Positions 9,755 to 19,603 of a stretch of 50,057 nucleotides of DNA are shown piece by piece. The translations under genes were made by a program, and so were the position numbers. A model generated the notes under the pieces. That model ran no database searches. It was not told where the DNA came from and saw nothing but the letters and a program-made list of their open reading frames with translations. Origin of the DNA: an uncultured Planctomycetaceae bacterium (GTDB lineage: Bacteria > Planctomycetota > Planctomycetia > Planctomycetales > Planctomycetaceae); NCBI GenBank assembly GCA_963976765.1, contig CAXBME010000010.1, positions 186,001 through 236,057 on the forward strand. Direction: 5' to 3'. The first letter of the stretch is position 1. Each line of letters starts with the position of its first letter.

Positions 9755-10957
9755 TCAGAATGTCGCCGGGGCTGTCGGAGCAGAGCTGCCTGGATTCTTA
9801 TCGAAAATCGTCCAGATCGTCGCCGTGTTATTCAGCTCTTTGATCACGTTCTGAGCAGCGTCGCGGCGGGCTTCTGACTGAAGCTTGTTGTTGATTTTGT
9901 CCTGGACCTCTTCGAATGGCACAAAGCCAGCGTCGCGGCGTTCGACAACTTTGACGAGCACAAACGCCGAGTCTGTCTCCAGAGGCTGACTGATCTTGCC
10001 GACAGGAATTTCAAACAATGCCCGTTCGACTTTTTCGTCCGCCAGGCTGCCCTGCTTCGTCCAGTCCCAGATTCCGCCCGTGTCACGTTTTGGCCCGTCG
10101 GAGAACTGCTTCGCGACAGCGCCGAACTCCGTACCGTTTCGCAAAGCGTCAATCGCCTGCTTCATCTTTGCAAATGCGGCTTCACGACCTCCGTCACCGG
10201 ACGTATTGATCCGAATCTGCTGCCACTTCACGGCCGCTTCAATCGCGTACTGAGCTTTGTTTTGCTCGTACCAGTCCATCAGTTCCTGACGGCTCAGGCG
10301 AGTTACGTCTTTCGACTTCTGGCCGATGTAAAACATCGAAAGTTCTCGCGAGGCAAAGGCGTTATTCAGACTGTCCAGCGACGTTCCCTGCTCTTCCAGA
10401 ATCTGCTCAAGCTCAATTTTGGTTTCGACGTTGTACCGTTCTTTCAGCTTGTCGACTTCCCGCTCGAACAGTCCGTCGACCTGCGTCGTTAAACGTTCGT
10501 ACTGCTCTTCTTCAATGTCTTCGCGAAGCGCGGACATCAGCAGAGCTTTTTCGATGTGCTGAGGCAGTTCCTGCTGAATAATTTTGGCTCGGAGCCGGTT
10601 TAATTCTGCTGGTGATAGCTGTTCCGCCGCTTTCTCAAGATTCAAAGTATGCGGCTGCAGAACGTCGTCGGCAAAAATCGGCAGCGAGTTGACCGTTGCA
10701 ACGACCGTTGCCCCGAACAATTCAGCAGGAGCAGAGTCTCCGGAGTAGTCTGTTAACTGAATGGACTCACCATCGTAGCTGGTTTCGCCCATGGGAATGC
10801 TGCTGGGAGCGTCGCTGGCAAACGTTGTTCGAGGCGGTGCTTTCTCGCCGGATCCCGACGTGGTTTTCGTCAGTTTTGAGACGAAGCCCGGCATTCTGGG
10901 CTTCTGGCAACCAACAAAAAGCGACAAACAAAGCACAACAGCCATGCGGAAAGACAT
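9755..10957 (-). CDS. PpiC/parvulin-type peptidyl-prolyl isomerase (PrsA/SurA-like foldase), lipoprotein
   Basis: 'FGAVAKQFSDGP...GGIWDW...GKISQPLET...LVKV'; lipobox LFVGC after MSFRMAVVLCLS; directly downstream of mfd. Confidence 0.88.
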   Translation of the reverse strand: MSFRMAVVLCLSLFVGCQKPRMPGFVSKLTKTTSGSGEKAPPRTTFASDAPSSIPMGETSYDGESIQLTDYSGDSAPAELFGATVVATVNSLPIFADDVLQPHTLNLEKAAEQLSPAELNRLRAKIIQQELPQHIEKALLMSALREDIEEEQYERLTTQVDGLFEREVDKLKERYNVETKIELEQILEEQGTSLDSLNNAFASRELSMFYIGQKSKDVTRLSRQELMDWYEQNKAQYAIEAAVKWQQIRINTSGDGGREAAFAKMKQAIDALRNGTEFGAVAKQFSDGPKRDTGGIWDWTKQGSLADEKVERALFEIPVGKISQPLETDSAFVLVKVVERRDAGFVPFEEVQDKINNKLQSEARRDAAQNVIKELNNTATIWTIFDKNPGSSAPTAPATF

Positions 10958-11077
10958 GGTTCTGCATCCATTCAGAACGGGTCGAGACCAGTTTTTGCCG
11001 GGCGGATCAGGTGGGATTCTGAGAGCGCAGCACAGCCCGACAGGATTGATCAATGAGAAGGGACGCGGGTTATACCG

Positions 11078-14000
11078 TCAGTCAGAAAATGGCTGCAACA
11101 TCTTTTTCAGTGTCTTCAGCAGCCGAGCCGGCGGCGCATCCGGGTTCTTCATCAGGTAGCAGGCCTGCTTCTCGTCGACAATGCGGAACCGCTGCCCGAC
11201 TCGATTCTTCAGCAGGTTCATGTATCGCCGCTCTTCGTACGTCATCGTGATGAACCCTTCTTCGAGGTTGATTCTCACGATATGCCAGAGCCGGGCCAGA
11301 ATCTGCACTTCCTGATGAGCGACCAGCAGCGCGGCTTCGGCGGGGATGGGACCAAAGCGGTCTCGCAGTTCGGCTTCGAAGTCTCGCAGCTTTTCGACCG
11401 TGTCAATCGCCGCGAGCCTTCGGTAGATCTCGATCTTCGCCTTGCCTGGCGGGACGTACGACGACGGGAAAAACATCGAACCGGGCAGTTCGAGCGTCAC
11501 ATGCTTCTTTCGCCGCAGCGGCTCTTTTTTCAGAGTCCGCACGGCATCTTCCAGGAGCTGGCAGTAAAGCTCGTACCCGACCGTCGCGATGTGGCCGCTT
11601 TGCTCGGTGCCCAGAATATTTCCCGCGCCGCGAATCTCCAGGTCGCGCATGGCGATCTTGAAACCGGCCCCCAGCTCGCTGAACTCCTCGATCGCCTTCA
11701 TTCGTTTGGCGGCGGTGCTGGTCAGCGTTTTGCCCTCTTCGAGCAGCAGGTAACAGTACGCGCGGTGTTTGTAACGACCAACACGGCCTCGCAACTGATG
11801 TAGATCCGCCAGCCCGTAATTATCAGCCTGGTGAATGAACATGGTATTGGCATTGGGAATGTCGACGCCGCTTTCGACGATCGTTGTGCAGACCAGAACG
11901 TCGATCTCGCCCCGCACGAACCGCAGCATCGCGGCTTCCAGTTCGTGAGGCGTCATCTGGCCGTGAGCGACGTCGTACCGCGCTTCGGGGACGATCTGTT
12001 CCAGTCGCGCGGCAATTTCATGAATGTTGTAAACGCGGTTGTGAACGAAGAAGACCTGCCCGTTGCGGTTCAGCTCCCGGACGATCGCCTGTCGAATCAG
12101 GTCTGCGTCGAAACGGCAAATCCGAGTCGTCACCGCCACGCGTTCCTGTGGAGGCGTCGTCAGGTTTGAAATATCGCGAATACCCAGCAGCGAAAGATGC
12201 AGCGTTCGCGGAATCGGCGTCGCGCTGAGTGTCAGCACGTCAATTTCCAGTCGCAGATGTTTGAGCGCTTCCTTGACGTCGACGCCAAACCGCTGCTCTT
12301 CGTCAATGATGACCAGCCCCAGATCCTTGAACCCGACGTCCTGCGAAACCAGACGATGAGTCCCCACGACGATGTCGACCTTCCCGGCTTTCAGTTCCTG
12401 GATGACCTTTTTCTGCTGCCCCTTCGACTTGAACCGGGACAGCGACCGGATCGTGACCGGAAACTCGGCCATGCGTTCGCAGAGCGTTCGGTAGTGCTGC
12501 TCGGCGAGGACTGTCGTGGGAACCAGGATAGCGACCTGCCGGCCAGCATCGATCATCTTGAACGCCGCCCGCATCGCAACTTCGGTTTTTCCGTATCCGA
12601 CATCTCCGCAGATCAGCCGGTCCATTGGCCGTTCGCGTTCGAAGTCCTGCTTGCACTCGATGACTGCCGTCGTCTGGTCCGGAGTCGGCGTGTAAGGAAA
12701 TGCCGCTTCAAACTCTTTCTGCCAGTGAGAATCCGGCGGGCAGGCAAAGCCCGGTTTGGATGCTCGCGCGGCCTGCAGGCGGATCATGTCAGATGCCAGA
12801 TCGATAATGGCTTCCGAAACTTTTTCTTTCTTCTTTGCCCACGACGTGCTGCCGACAAGAGACAACTGCGGCGCCGTCTTTGCACCGCCGACGTACTTCT
12901 GCACGAGATGAATCAGCGAGACCGGAACATAAACGCGCACGCCGTGTCGGAACTCGATTTCGAGGTGCTCTTCCAGCTGGTCGGCATTCTCCATCACCTT
13001 CATCGCGTGGTACTTGCCGATGCCATGCGTCAGGTGAACAACGAAGTCGCCTTCGTTCAACTCGATGAAGCTGTCGATCGCCCGACTTTCGAACTTCGAC
13101 TTCTTCTTCGCGATGCGGCGGACGTCAGTCCGGTTGAACAGTTCGTGATCGCTGAGCACGACGACGCCCTGAGCCACCAGTCGAAACCCGCGCCCGACAC
13201 GGCCGATGCACAACGACACTCGCTCGGCCAGGTCCGGGACGCCTTCGTTCAACAGTTCGGTGAGGCGGTTCTGCTCGCCCTCATTGTGACACGCGATCAG
13301 AACGCGTTCCTGCCGACCGACAACTTCCGCCAGCTCGTTGAGAACTTCAGCTCGCGGGCCGGTGAACCGCTCGATCGACTCAATCTGTAGATGACAGGAC
13401 TTGTCGAAACCGTCGGCGGCGATCGGAGCTACCTCGATCGTTGGCTTCAGCGTCAGCTTCGCCATGATCGCGTCGACACTGAACAGCCCTCGCGGATCCT
13501 TCATTCGCTCAAGGTACTGCCGACCTTCTGACACCAGATCACTCAACTCGCTGAGCACCGACCACGTCGCGTCTGGCAGGAAGTCGCACAACGATTCCCC
13601 ACCGAGATGGCTGTTCGCTGCCTGCTTACTCTGCGCGGTGATCGTTCTCGTTTCTGACCGGGTGTCGTCGTCAGATTCAGCGTCGACCGGCGAGACGATG
13701 GCGATGTCGACCGACTTCAGACTCTCGATGGTTCGCTGACTCTCGGCCTCGAACTTGCGGATCGACTCAACTTCGGTGTCGAAAAATTCGATGCGGATCG
13801 GGTCTTCCGAATCAGGTGGGTACAGATCGAGAATTCCGCCGCGTACAGCGAACTCGCCCGGAAGCTGGATTCCCGTGACGCGTTCAAAGCCTCGATCAAC
13901 CAACCATTGCTGAAACGCTTTCTGGTCAAGTTCTTCGCCGACTCGGATCGTGCGTGTTCCGGCCTGAATTTCGGCTCGCGAAGGAGTCGGCTGAAGCATC

Positions 14001-14398
14001 GCCGCGATCGTCGTGACGACCAGCGATGGCGGATCGGCCCCCTGAAAGCGTCGCAGAATTCGAAGCCGGTGTCCGAACACCGAGTCGGTCACATCATGCT
14101 CGTCGGGGAGTGTTTCCCAGGCCGGAAAGATGCTGGGCATTTCCCCCAGGAAGGCTTCCAGGTCATCGACGTAGTCGTCCAGGTCGGCCTGACGGGGAAG
14201 CACCACCAGCAACGTTCCGGGGCACCGTTTGGACAACGCCGCCGAAGTCAGCGCGGACGCCGAGCCCCACGCTCCGTCAATTGTCCCGCTGTTGCCGGCT
14301 GTCAGAGCCGCCACCAGATCGTCGAAACCGGGAGTCCTTTCAAGGAGCGATACCAGAGCAGTCAGCTCCTGCGGAGCCGTGTCGATCGAAGTCGCCAA
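11078..14398 (-). CDS. mfd: Transcription-repair coupling factor Mfd
   Basis: 'MDRLICGDVGYGKTEVAMRA', 'IIDEEQRFGV', 'LSATPIPRTL', 'HQLRGRVGR', 'RDLEIRGAGNILG'; UvrB-like N-terminus; 1106 aa. Confidence 0.97.
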   Translation of the reverse strand: MATSIDTAPQELTALVSLLERTPGFDDLVAALTAGNSGTIDGAWGSASALTSAALSKRCPGTLLVVLPRQADLDDYVDDLEAFLGEMPSIFPAWETLPDEHDVTDSVFGHRLRILRRFQGADPPSLVVTTIAAMLQPTPSRAEIQAGTRTIRVGEELDQKAFQQWLVDRGFERVTGIQLPGEFAVRGGILDLYPPDSEDPIRIEFFDTEVESIRKFEAESQRTIESLKSVDIAIVSPVDAESDDDTRSETRTITAQSKQAANSHLGGESLCDFLPDATWSVLSELSDLVSEGRQYLERMKDPRGLFSVDAIMAKLTLKPTIEVAPIAADGFDKSCHLQIESIERFTGPRAEVLNELAEVVGRQERVLIACHNEGEQNRLTELLNEGVPDLAERVSLCIGRVGRGFRLVAQGVVVLSDHELFNRTDVRRIAKKKSKFESRAIDSFIELNEGDFVVHLTHGIGKYHAMKVMENADQLEEHLEIEFRHGVRVYVPVSLIHLVQKYVGGAKTAPQLSLVGSTSWAKKKEKVSEAIIDLASDMIRLQAARASKPGFACPPDSHWQKEFEAAFPYTPTPDQTTAVIECKQDFERERPMDRLICGDVGYGKTEVAMRAAFKMIDAGRQVAILVPTTVLAEQHYRTLCERMAEFPVTIRSLSRFKSKGQQKKVIQELKAGKVDIVVGTHRLVSQDVGFKDLGLVIIDEEQRFGVDVKEALKHLRLEIDVLTLSATPIPRTLHLSLLGIRDISNLTTPPQERVAVTTRICRFDADLIRQAIVRELNRNGQVFFVHNRVYNIHEIAARLEQIVPEARYDVAHGQMTPHELEAAMLRFVRGEIDVLVCTTIVESGVDIPNANTMFIHQADNYGLADLHQLRGRVGRYKHRAYCYLLLEEGKTLTSTAAKRMKAIEEFSELGAGFKIAMRDLEIRGAGNILGTEQSGHIATVGYELYCQLLEDAVRTLKKEPLRRKKHVTLELPGSMFFPSSYVPPGKAKIEIYRRLAAIDTVEKLRDFEAELRDRFGPIPAEAALLVAHQEVQILARLWHIVRINLEEGFITMTYEERRYMNLLKNRVGQRFRIVDEKQACYLMKNPDAPPARLLKTLKKMLQPFSD

Positions 14399-14805
14399 CC
14401 TGAGTTAATCCTGCACTGTAAGCAGCCAACGTCTGTGTTTTCAGCGTGCATTCTCATTTACGAGCGGTCGCTCGAATTCGTTACGACCGGTGCCGCACCG
14501 CAAAATCGGCGCCGCCTGCAGGTTCGCCCGGCGGTGAGGCTTGTACGCACTGCCGAGTGAACTGACGGTAGCATCCTCGCTGTCTGCCATCGCCCGGAAG
14601 CGTCGTGACTGTCGACGAACCTGTCAATCCGAGCGGAACATGAATGTCCAATCCCAGACGCCCAATTTTCAGAGAATAATTGTCACCGATAAAACGCCAG
14701 CCTTCGACATTCCCTGTCGGACCTTCCGCGGCTCGGGCGACCTGAGCGGAATGACTCCGTGGCGACTGTGCTCTCCGTGGCTCAATAATCAGTAAGAAAA
14801 GCCAT

Positions 14806-15201
14806 CTATAAAGCTTTCCGTGAAAGCCGTTTCGCCAGACGAGCCGTGTCAACCACGCAGCGGCGATGCACACCACGAGACAACAGGTCGGTCTCGTCGC
14901 GGGCTTCGACCTGAAACGTGACGTACGGAAGCTCGCAGTTAATTACCCGAGCCGTGCAGGTCACCGTGTGGCCCGGCAGCGTGCCGGCCAGATGCTCCAC
15001 ATCGACCTTCACGCCGAGGTTGGTTTCGCCCTCATCCATCAGCGGAGTAATGGCTTTACGAGCCGTCTGCTCCAGAAATCCAATCAGCGTCGGCGTGCTC
15101 AGCACAGCCGGCATCGGCGGCTCAGCAAACGTAATCGTGTGCTCGGAGCCGACGACAAATTTAATTTCAGCAGACTCGCCAATACGCGGAGGTCGTTTCA
15201 T
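14806..15201 (-). CDS. Hot-dog-fold thioesterase (FlK fluoroacetyl-CoA thioesterase-like)
   Basis: 'VLSTPTLIGFLE', 'GVKVDVEHLAGT', 'RGVHRR'; start moved to ATG 15201. Confidence 0.85.
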   Translation of the reverse strand: MKRPPRIGESAEIKFVVGSEHTITFAEPPMPAVLSTPTLIGFLEQTARKAITPLMDEGETNLGVKVDVEHLAGTLPGHTVTCTARVINCELPYVTFQVEARDETDLLSRGVHRRCVVDTARLAKRLSRKAL

Positions 15202-15388
15202 GAGTTGATCCTGAAAATCGCGGTGAATGATCAACAGCGTAAGAGTTGAGCGGCGACGAGAACAAGGCCCCGCAGATTGACAAGACAGCCGATCAGCAGC
15301 ACGATTGATGCCTGTGTCGTTAAGAGCAAAGCTCATCGTGATCTAACGAAAAGTTGTCATCACGAAACCCGTTGGACGCTCAATTTCA

Positions 15389-15805
15389 ATGGAAATCGTC
15401 AACCTTCCTGGTGCAGATTCGCCGAATTTCGACGCAGAATACCAGCGGCTTGCTAACTCCGATTCTGCGTATGACGCTCGCGTTGCCCGAATGATGCTCG
15501 ACTTTCTGGCTGCGTTACGCCGCGAACCAATAGGACCACGTTTATTTGCGTCCCATATCTTGAATGAATTGTGGTTGCAATACTCTGCCCCTGGCGGTGC
15601 GTCAATTCTCGTTGCCGTGACAGTCGATAGCCCCGATTATGGTCCGCTCGACGATGGCTTACCGCAGTTTCATTACAGACTGTCATACAAACTTCGATCG
15701 TCAAACGATGAGGAGCAACTTCCCGTCGAAGAGCGGGCACGCAGTATCGAGTCCGCCTGTGAGTTCGTAGGCGTGGCTATTGCCGTGGCGAGGGACATCC
15801 CGTAG
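15389..15805 (+). CDS. Hypothetical protein
   Basis: 138-aa ORF with globular-looking composition; no family recognised. Confidence 0.55.
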   Translation: MEIVNLPGADSPNFDAEYQRLANSDSAYDARVARMMLDFLAALRREPIGPRLFASHILNELWLQYSAPGGASILVAVTVDSPDYGPLDDGLPQFHYRLSYKLRSSNDEEQLPVEERARSIESACEFVGVAIAVARDIP

Positions 15806-15808
15806 TCA

Positions 15809-15836
15809 CGTCTGCTGGGGCGTGACCCAGCAGACG
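15809..15836. terminator. Hairpin between convergent genes (terminator- or REP-like)
   Basis: Perfect 11-bp stem cgtctgctggg/cccagcagacg, 6-nt loop; no poly-T tail. Confidence 0.4.
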
Positions 15837-15905
15837 CATGCGAGACAATGCTGGGGCAAGACGAGCCTGCCTGACCGCATTCGTCGCAAGTTTCTGCACA
15901 CCCAT

Positions 15906-16472
15906 TTACGTCAGCACTTTCCACAGTGCATAGACCACTATCGTCGCCACAGCCCCGGAGACAGTTCGAGAGTAGCGTTTCCGGCTTTCAATGTAGCGAC
16001 TAACGGGCGAGTCGCTGCCCGCATCGGGCAGTCCGGTGAATTGGAATTCACTCGCCGAGGACGGAGTATCCGTTTGAACTCGCGCCTCAGATGTTGTTGT
16101 TTCATCTGAAGAGTCGTAAATGCTTTGCTTCAATCGGTTGTCGATGCGTGCCTTTTCATCTGGTGTCAGAGTTGGTTGAAGACGTTCTGGTCCAAAGCCA
16201 CCAATGCAGAAGAGGATTCCCGAACTGACCAATCCCAGCAACACGGATGAGATCATTAAGCCTTGTCTGAGACCGCGTGGCTCTGGCTCCAAATAGCTGA
16301 CCGCAAACAGAGTCGCTCCACAAATACAAAGAATCCATCGCAGTCTATTTCGGAAAACCCGGGCACGTTGGTCGGCCCGAGCGTGAGCTTGAATTCGTTC
16401 ACTGAGCTGGCGGGCACCGTCGTCAGCTGCCAGCTGGGCCATTGCTTCAAAGTCACAATGCTCTTCAACCAT
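15906..16472 (-). CDS. Hypothetical membrane protein (3 predicted TM)
   Basis: GAGGAGG RBS upstream of ATG 16472; two central and one C-terminal hydrophobic segments. Confidence 0.6.
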   Translation of the reverse strand: MVEEHCDFEAMAQLAADDGARQLSERIQAHARADQRARVFRNRLRWILCICGATLFAVSYLEPEPRGLRQGLMISSVLLGLVSSGILFCIGGFGPERLQPTLTPDEKARIDNRLKQSIYDSSDETTTSEARVQTDTPSSASEFQFTGLPDAGSDSPVSRYIESRKRYSRTVSGAVATIVVYALWKVLT

Positions 16473-16558
16473 TCGATTCATCCTCCTCAGTCTACTGAAC
16501 AATGCGAGTGAATATTCTGTACTCTGCACATTGAGTACTACTGATTCAAGTTGATCGC

Positions 16559-16574
16559 GGGTTGCAAGCAACCC
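16559..16574. repeat. Short REP-like palindrome after the ECF stop
   Basis: gggttgc-aa-gcaaccc inverted repeat; single copy seen in the window. Confidence 0.3.
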
Positions 16575-16592
16575 TTGCCACCCTGAGGAAGA

Positions 16593-17186
16593 TCACTCAT
16601 CGCCGACGCTTTGGACTAGCGTTTTGAGTTTGGCCATGACTCGGCTGCGGGCGAGGTAGACGGCTCCGGTGGTCATACCGAGTTGCTCAGCGACTTCCGG
16701 ACCGGGGCGGGCGGTGACGGCGGTGAGTTCGAAGGCTTGCCAGGTTTGGTCGGAGACCTGTTCACGGACCTGGGCGGCTGCCCAGTGGAAGACTCGGCGA
16801 GCGTAGTCCGCGTCCCAGTCGGCCTCGTCGGGGATGACGTCGGGTTGGGACTGCAGTGTGGCCTGGTGATCGTCGGCGCCGGAACCGTTGATTCGCCGAG
16901 CGGGGCTCGCCAGCCAGTTTCTCAGTCGGTTGCGAGCGATCGTAAACAGCCAGCCTCGGAAGGAGCCTCGCTGCGGATCGAACTCCCACTGCCGCATCTG
17001 CTGAGCGACCGACGTCAGCACATCCTGAGCGATGTCCGCCGCGTCGGCATCCTGCAGACCTTTCTTCCGAGCGAAGCCATACACCAGCGGCGCGTACAAA
17101 CCGACAAACTGCTCCCACGCCAGCCGGTCGTGCGCATCGCGCAGCCGGACCAGCAGACTGAGTCTTGTCGTCGGCGATTCACTCAT
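16593..17186 (-). CDS. ECF sigma factor of the planctomycete type usually paired with a Ser/Thr kinase
   Basis: 'TTRLSLLVRLRD...AWEQFVGLYAPLVY...DAADIAQDV...RGSFRGWLFTIARN...TWQAF...AVYLARSRV'; start at ATG 17186. Confidence 0.92.
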   Translation of the reverse strand: MSESPTTRLSLLVRLRDAHDRLAWEQFVGLYAPLVYGFARKKGLQDADAADIAQDVLTSVAQQMRQWEFDPQRGSFRGWLFTIARNRLRNWLASPARRINGSGADDHQATLQSQPDVIPDEADWDADYARRVFHWAAAQVREQVSDQTWQAFELTAVTARPGPEVAEQLGMTTGAVYLARSRVMAKLKTLVQSVGDE

Positions 17187-17493
17187 GCAGCGGGCTCCGG
17201 ACAGCCAGTACAGGTCAGTGTGCGAATCCTTTCGCGAATTCTGAGACAAGTTCGCAATTTTTGAACACTGAGGACGGAGAGGGTGAAAAACGCAGAGGCC
17301 AGGGAGAGCCCACTTTCTGCTCCGCGTCGTCGGCAAGCTCTGAGTTCGGTTTTTCAGAATCTTTACCGCGGATTCAACGGACAAGCACAAATGGCCTCAC
17401 AAGGCTGCCTTCAGGATCCGGATCAGACTCTGCAATGTAGCGTCTCCTGACAACTCTCCATCGGAAGACCAAACCGTACGGTATCGCGGTCGC

Positions 17494-18225
17494 TCAATGC
17501 GTCGGTGGACTGTGGCATCCAAAGAGGTCAGCAGAAACGGCCTGGAAGCTTTCGAGAAGTGCCTTCTGTAAGGCCGGCCATTCCTGAGGGCGGCTTTGTG
17601 GCCAGAGCTGATTGACCTCGACTTCGCAGCCGGTATAGCGATCGGCTGGGAACATCTCTCGCAGCGTCGTTGTTAGTCCGTCCGAGGTACCCTTATAGGG
17701 ATAGTTCATGCGGACTCGCAGCGCGGGTGATGCGGCTTTCAATGACTTCCGCCAGGTCTGACACAGCTGGCGTTCGCCGGGACGGGCTGGATCGTAGAGG
17801 AAGCCAATATCGGCGTTCCGAACTTCATCGCGAAGTTCCGGAGTAAAACTGTGCATGCCGATATGAACGACTTGATCGCCCGCTTCGATGAAACCTCTGA
17901 CTGTTGCTTCAACTCGCTCGCGGTGCGGTGTGTGATAGTGATCGAGAATCTCCTGCCGCATCTTGCGATCGAGCGTTCGAGTAAACTCAGAGAAGACGGT
18001 TCGATTCGTTGGCTTGCGATTCAGATCAACGAGTAGGCGCGTCACCGTTGCCGGGATGAGCGGAGCTTTCAGCCGGCGAGCGAACAGTTTCGCCAGGTCG
18101 AGCGATCCTGGATCCCAGCCGCGATGGGTGGCCAGCACGTCGTCCGCGTTTTTGAATAACGGTCGATAATTCGCCGGAACGTCGTTCCCGCCATGCTCTG
18201 CCGTGATGACGATCCGAGTGGTCAT
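17494..18225 (-). CDS. N-formylglutamate amidohydrolase family protein
   Basis: 'TAEHGGN', 'HRGWDPG', 'TRLLVDLNR', 'HSFTP', 'NYPYKG', 'EVEVNQ'; ATG directly follows the upstream TAA. Confidence 0.9.
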   Translation of the reverse strand: MTTRIVITAEHGGNDVPANYRPLFKNADDVLATHRGWDPGSLDLAKLFARRLKAPLIPATVTRLLVDLNRKPTNRTVFSEFTRTLDRKMRQEILDHYHTPHRERVEATVRGFIEAGDQVVHIGMHSFTPELRDEVRNADIGFLYDPARPGERQLCQTWRKSLKAASPALRVRMNYPYKGTSDGLTTTLREMFPADRYTGCEVEVNQLWPQSRPQEWPALQKALLESFQAVSADLFGCHSPPTH

Positions 18226-19482
18226 TTACGTGGCCTTAAAAACGCGACCGACAGCCAGGCAGTCGGCAAGGTCGCGATAAACGGTAAGCAGTTCTTTGCG
18301 TGATGGCTCGATCGTTAATCTATTAGTAAGTCGCCGTGCCAGCGGGCCGTGCTCAAGGATCGTCTGCAAGGGATCGGTGCCCGCCGAATCTTGAGCGACT
18401 GATACGCCGCACCGGCTGATGAGGTCGCTCCAGAGATCGATTGCTCTGACCGAATTCCCACCGTGCCATCCGAGTAGTTTCAAATAAGCGGTGTCGCTGA
18501 TGACGGCTTCGTCAGCGTCGCGAAGTGTTGCCAGAAAAACATCATGCAGCGGTTCGACCGGCATGGATTGCTGATCGGTCAACGATGACCATTGCTCAGC
18601 GACCAGCGATTTCAGCACGGCCACCGTGGCCTGCGCAACAGCGAGATCGACAGCCGGGCACTCTTGAATATCGATCACTCGAATCTCGATCGAGCCGCGG
18701 CCGAATCGTGCGATGGCACCACGAGCGTTCAGAAATTCGTCACGCAGCACGCCGTCCGGGTCGTGCGGCGCGATTTCCTTGAACATCGGATCGAAGATTT
18801 GTCGCTGATAATCGTCGCGGGTGAAGACGGGTTCGGGGATAACGCGACCGACGACTGACTTCAGCCGGCGAGCGTTCGTCCGGTAGACCTCCAGACGATT
18901 GTCCATCAGCCCCGTGACTCGTCCGTCCATCATTGGCGAACTGGCCGCGATCGCCGGCAGCAGGGGCAGAACGAGCCGGATCGCCGCATGCAGTCGCCCG
19001 AATTCGTCGTTGGGTTTTGCGTCACCACAGAACGGCAGGTTGAGGTGCATGCTCTGAAGGTTGGCCCAGCCGTGTCCGCGACAGTCGAAGATGCGGTTAA
19101 ACGCCGCGTAGATCTCGCTGTAATCGTGAGGCCAGAGATGCATCTCCTGGACCGGGTCCATCCACGGGTGCATGGCCGACGGAAGCAGTCGCGCACCGAG
19201 ACCTTTGAGTTTTCCGTCGATCGTCTGCACGTGTTTCTGAAAAACCTCCGCAAGCCCATCCAGCGACGAGGCCGGTTGAGCGGTCTTCAGCTCAACAACG
19301 TGCGCCACCAGTTCGTTCGACCAGTCGATGTCGCCGTGCTCAATGTCCGAGACGATCTTGCCGGCAAAGCTTTCAAACAGACGATCGGTAATCGGACTCA
19401 CGTTGAGCTGCTGGTCATCGACGATCATGTATTCAAGTTCGACGCCCACGGCATCAAACAAGTGGAGCGGTTGGTTGGCCAT
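18226..19482 (-). CDS. Glutamate-cysteine ligase family 2 (GCS2) / carboxylate-amine ligase
   Basis: 'GVELEYMIVD', 'NELVAHVVELKT', 'QSMHLNLP', 'ASSP', 'IEIRVID'. Confidence 0.9.
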   Translation of the reverse strand: MANQPLHLFDAVGVELEYMIVDDQQLNVSPITDRLFESFAGKIVSDIEHGDIDWSNELVAHVVELKTAQPASSLDGLAEVFQKHVQTIDGKLKGLGARLLPSAMHPWMDPVQEMHLWPHDYSEIYAAFNRIFDCRGHGWANLQSMHLNLPFCGDAKPNDEFGRLHAAIRLVLPLLPAIAASSPMMDGRVTGLMDNRLEVYRTNARRLKSVVGRVIPEPVFTRDDYQRQIFDPMFKEIAPHDPDGVLRDEFLNARGAIARFGRGSIEIRVIDIQECPAVDLAVAQATVAVLKSLVAEQWSSLTDQQSMPVEPLHDVFLATLRDADEAVISDTAYLKLLGWHGGNSVRAIDLWSDLISRCGVSVAQDSAGTDPLQTILEHGPLARRLTNRLTIEPSRKELLTVYRDLADCLAVGRVFKAT

Positions 19483-19603
19483 AACGGGTATTCTGTGGGG
19501 CGGTCTACTTATAGTGAGCCGAACGCGCCAGCGTCGGGCCGAATGTGGAAAAACGTCGAGAAACCAAGGTTCGCGGCTAGCGCCGTCGGCTCACAGTTCA
19601 CAG

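Noticed and set aside
12197..13390. 397-aa plus-strand ORF and other long antisense ORFs
   Set aside because: Shadow ORFs opposite well-supported genes such as mfd, expected in GC-rich codon-biased DNA.
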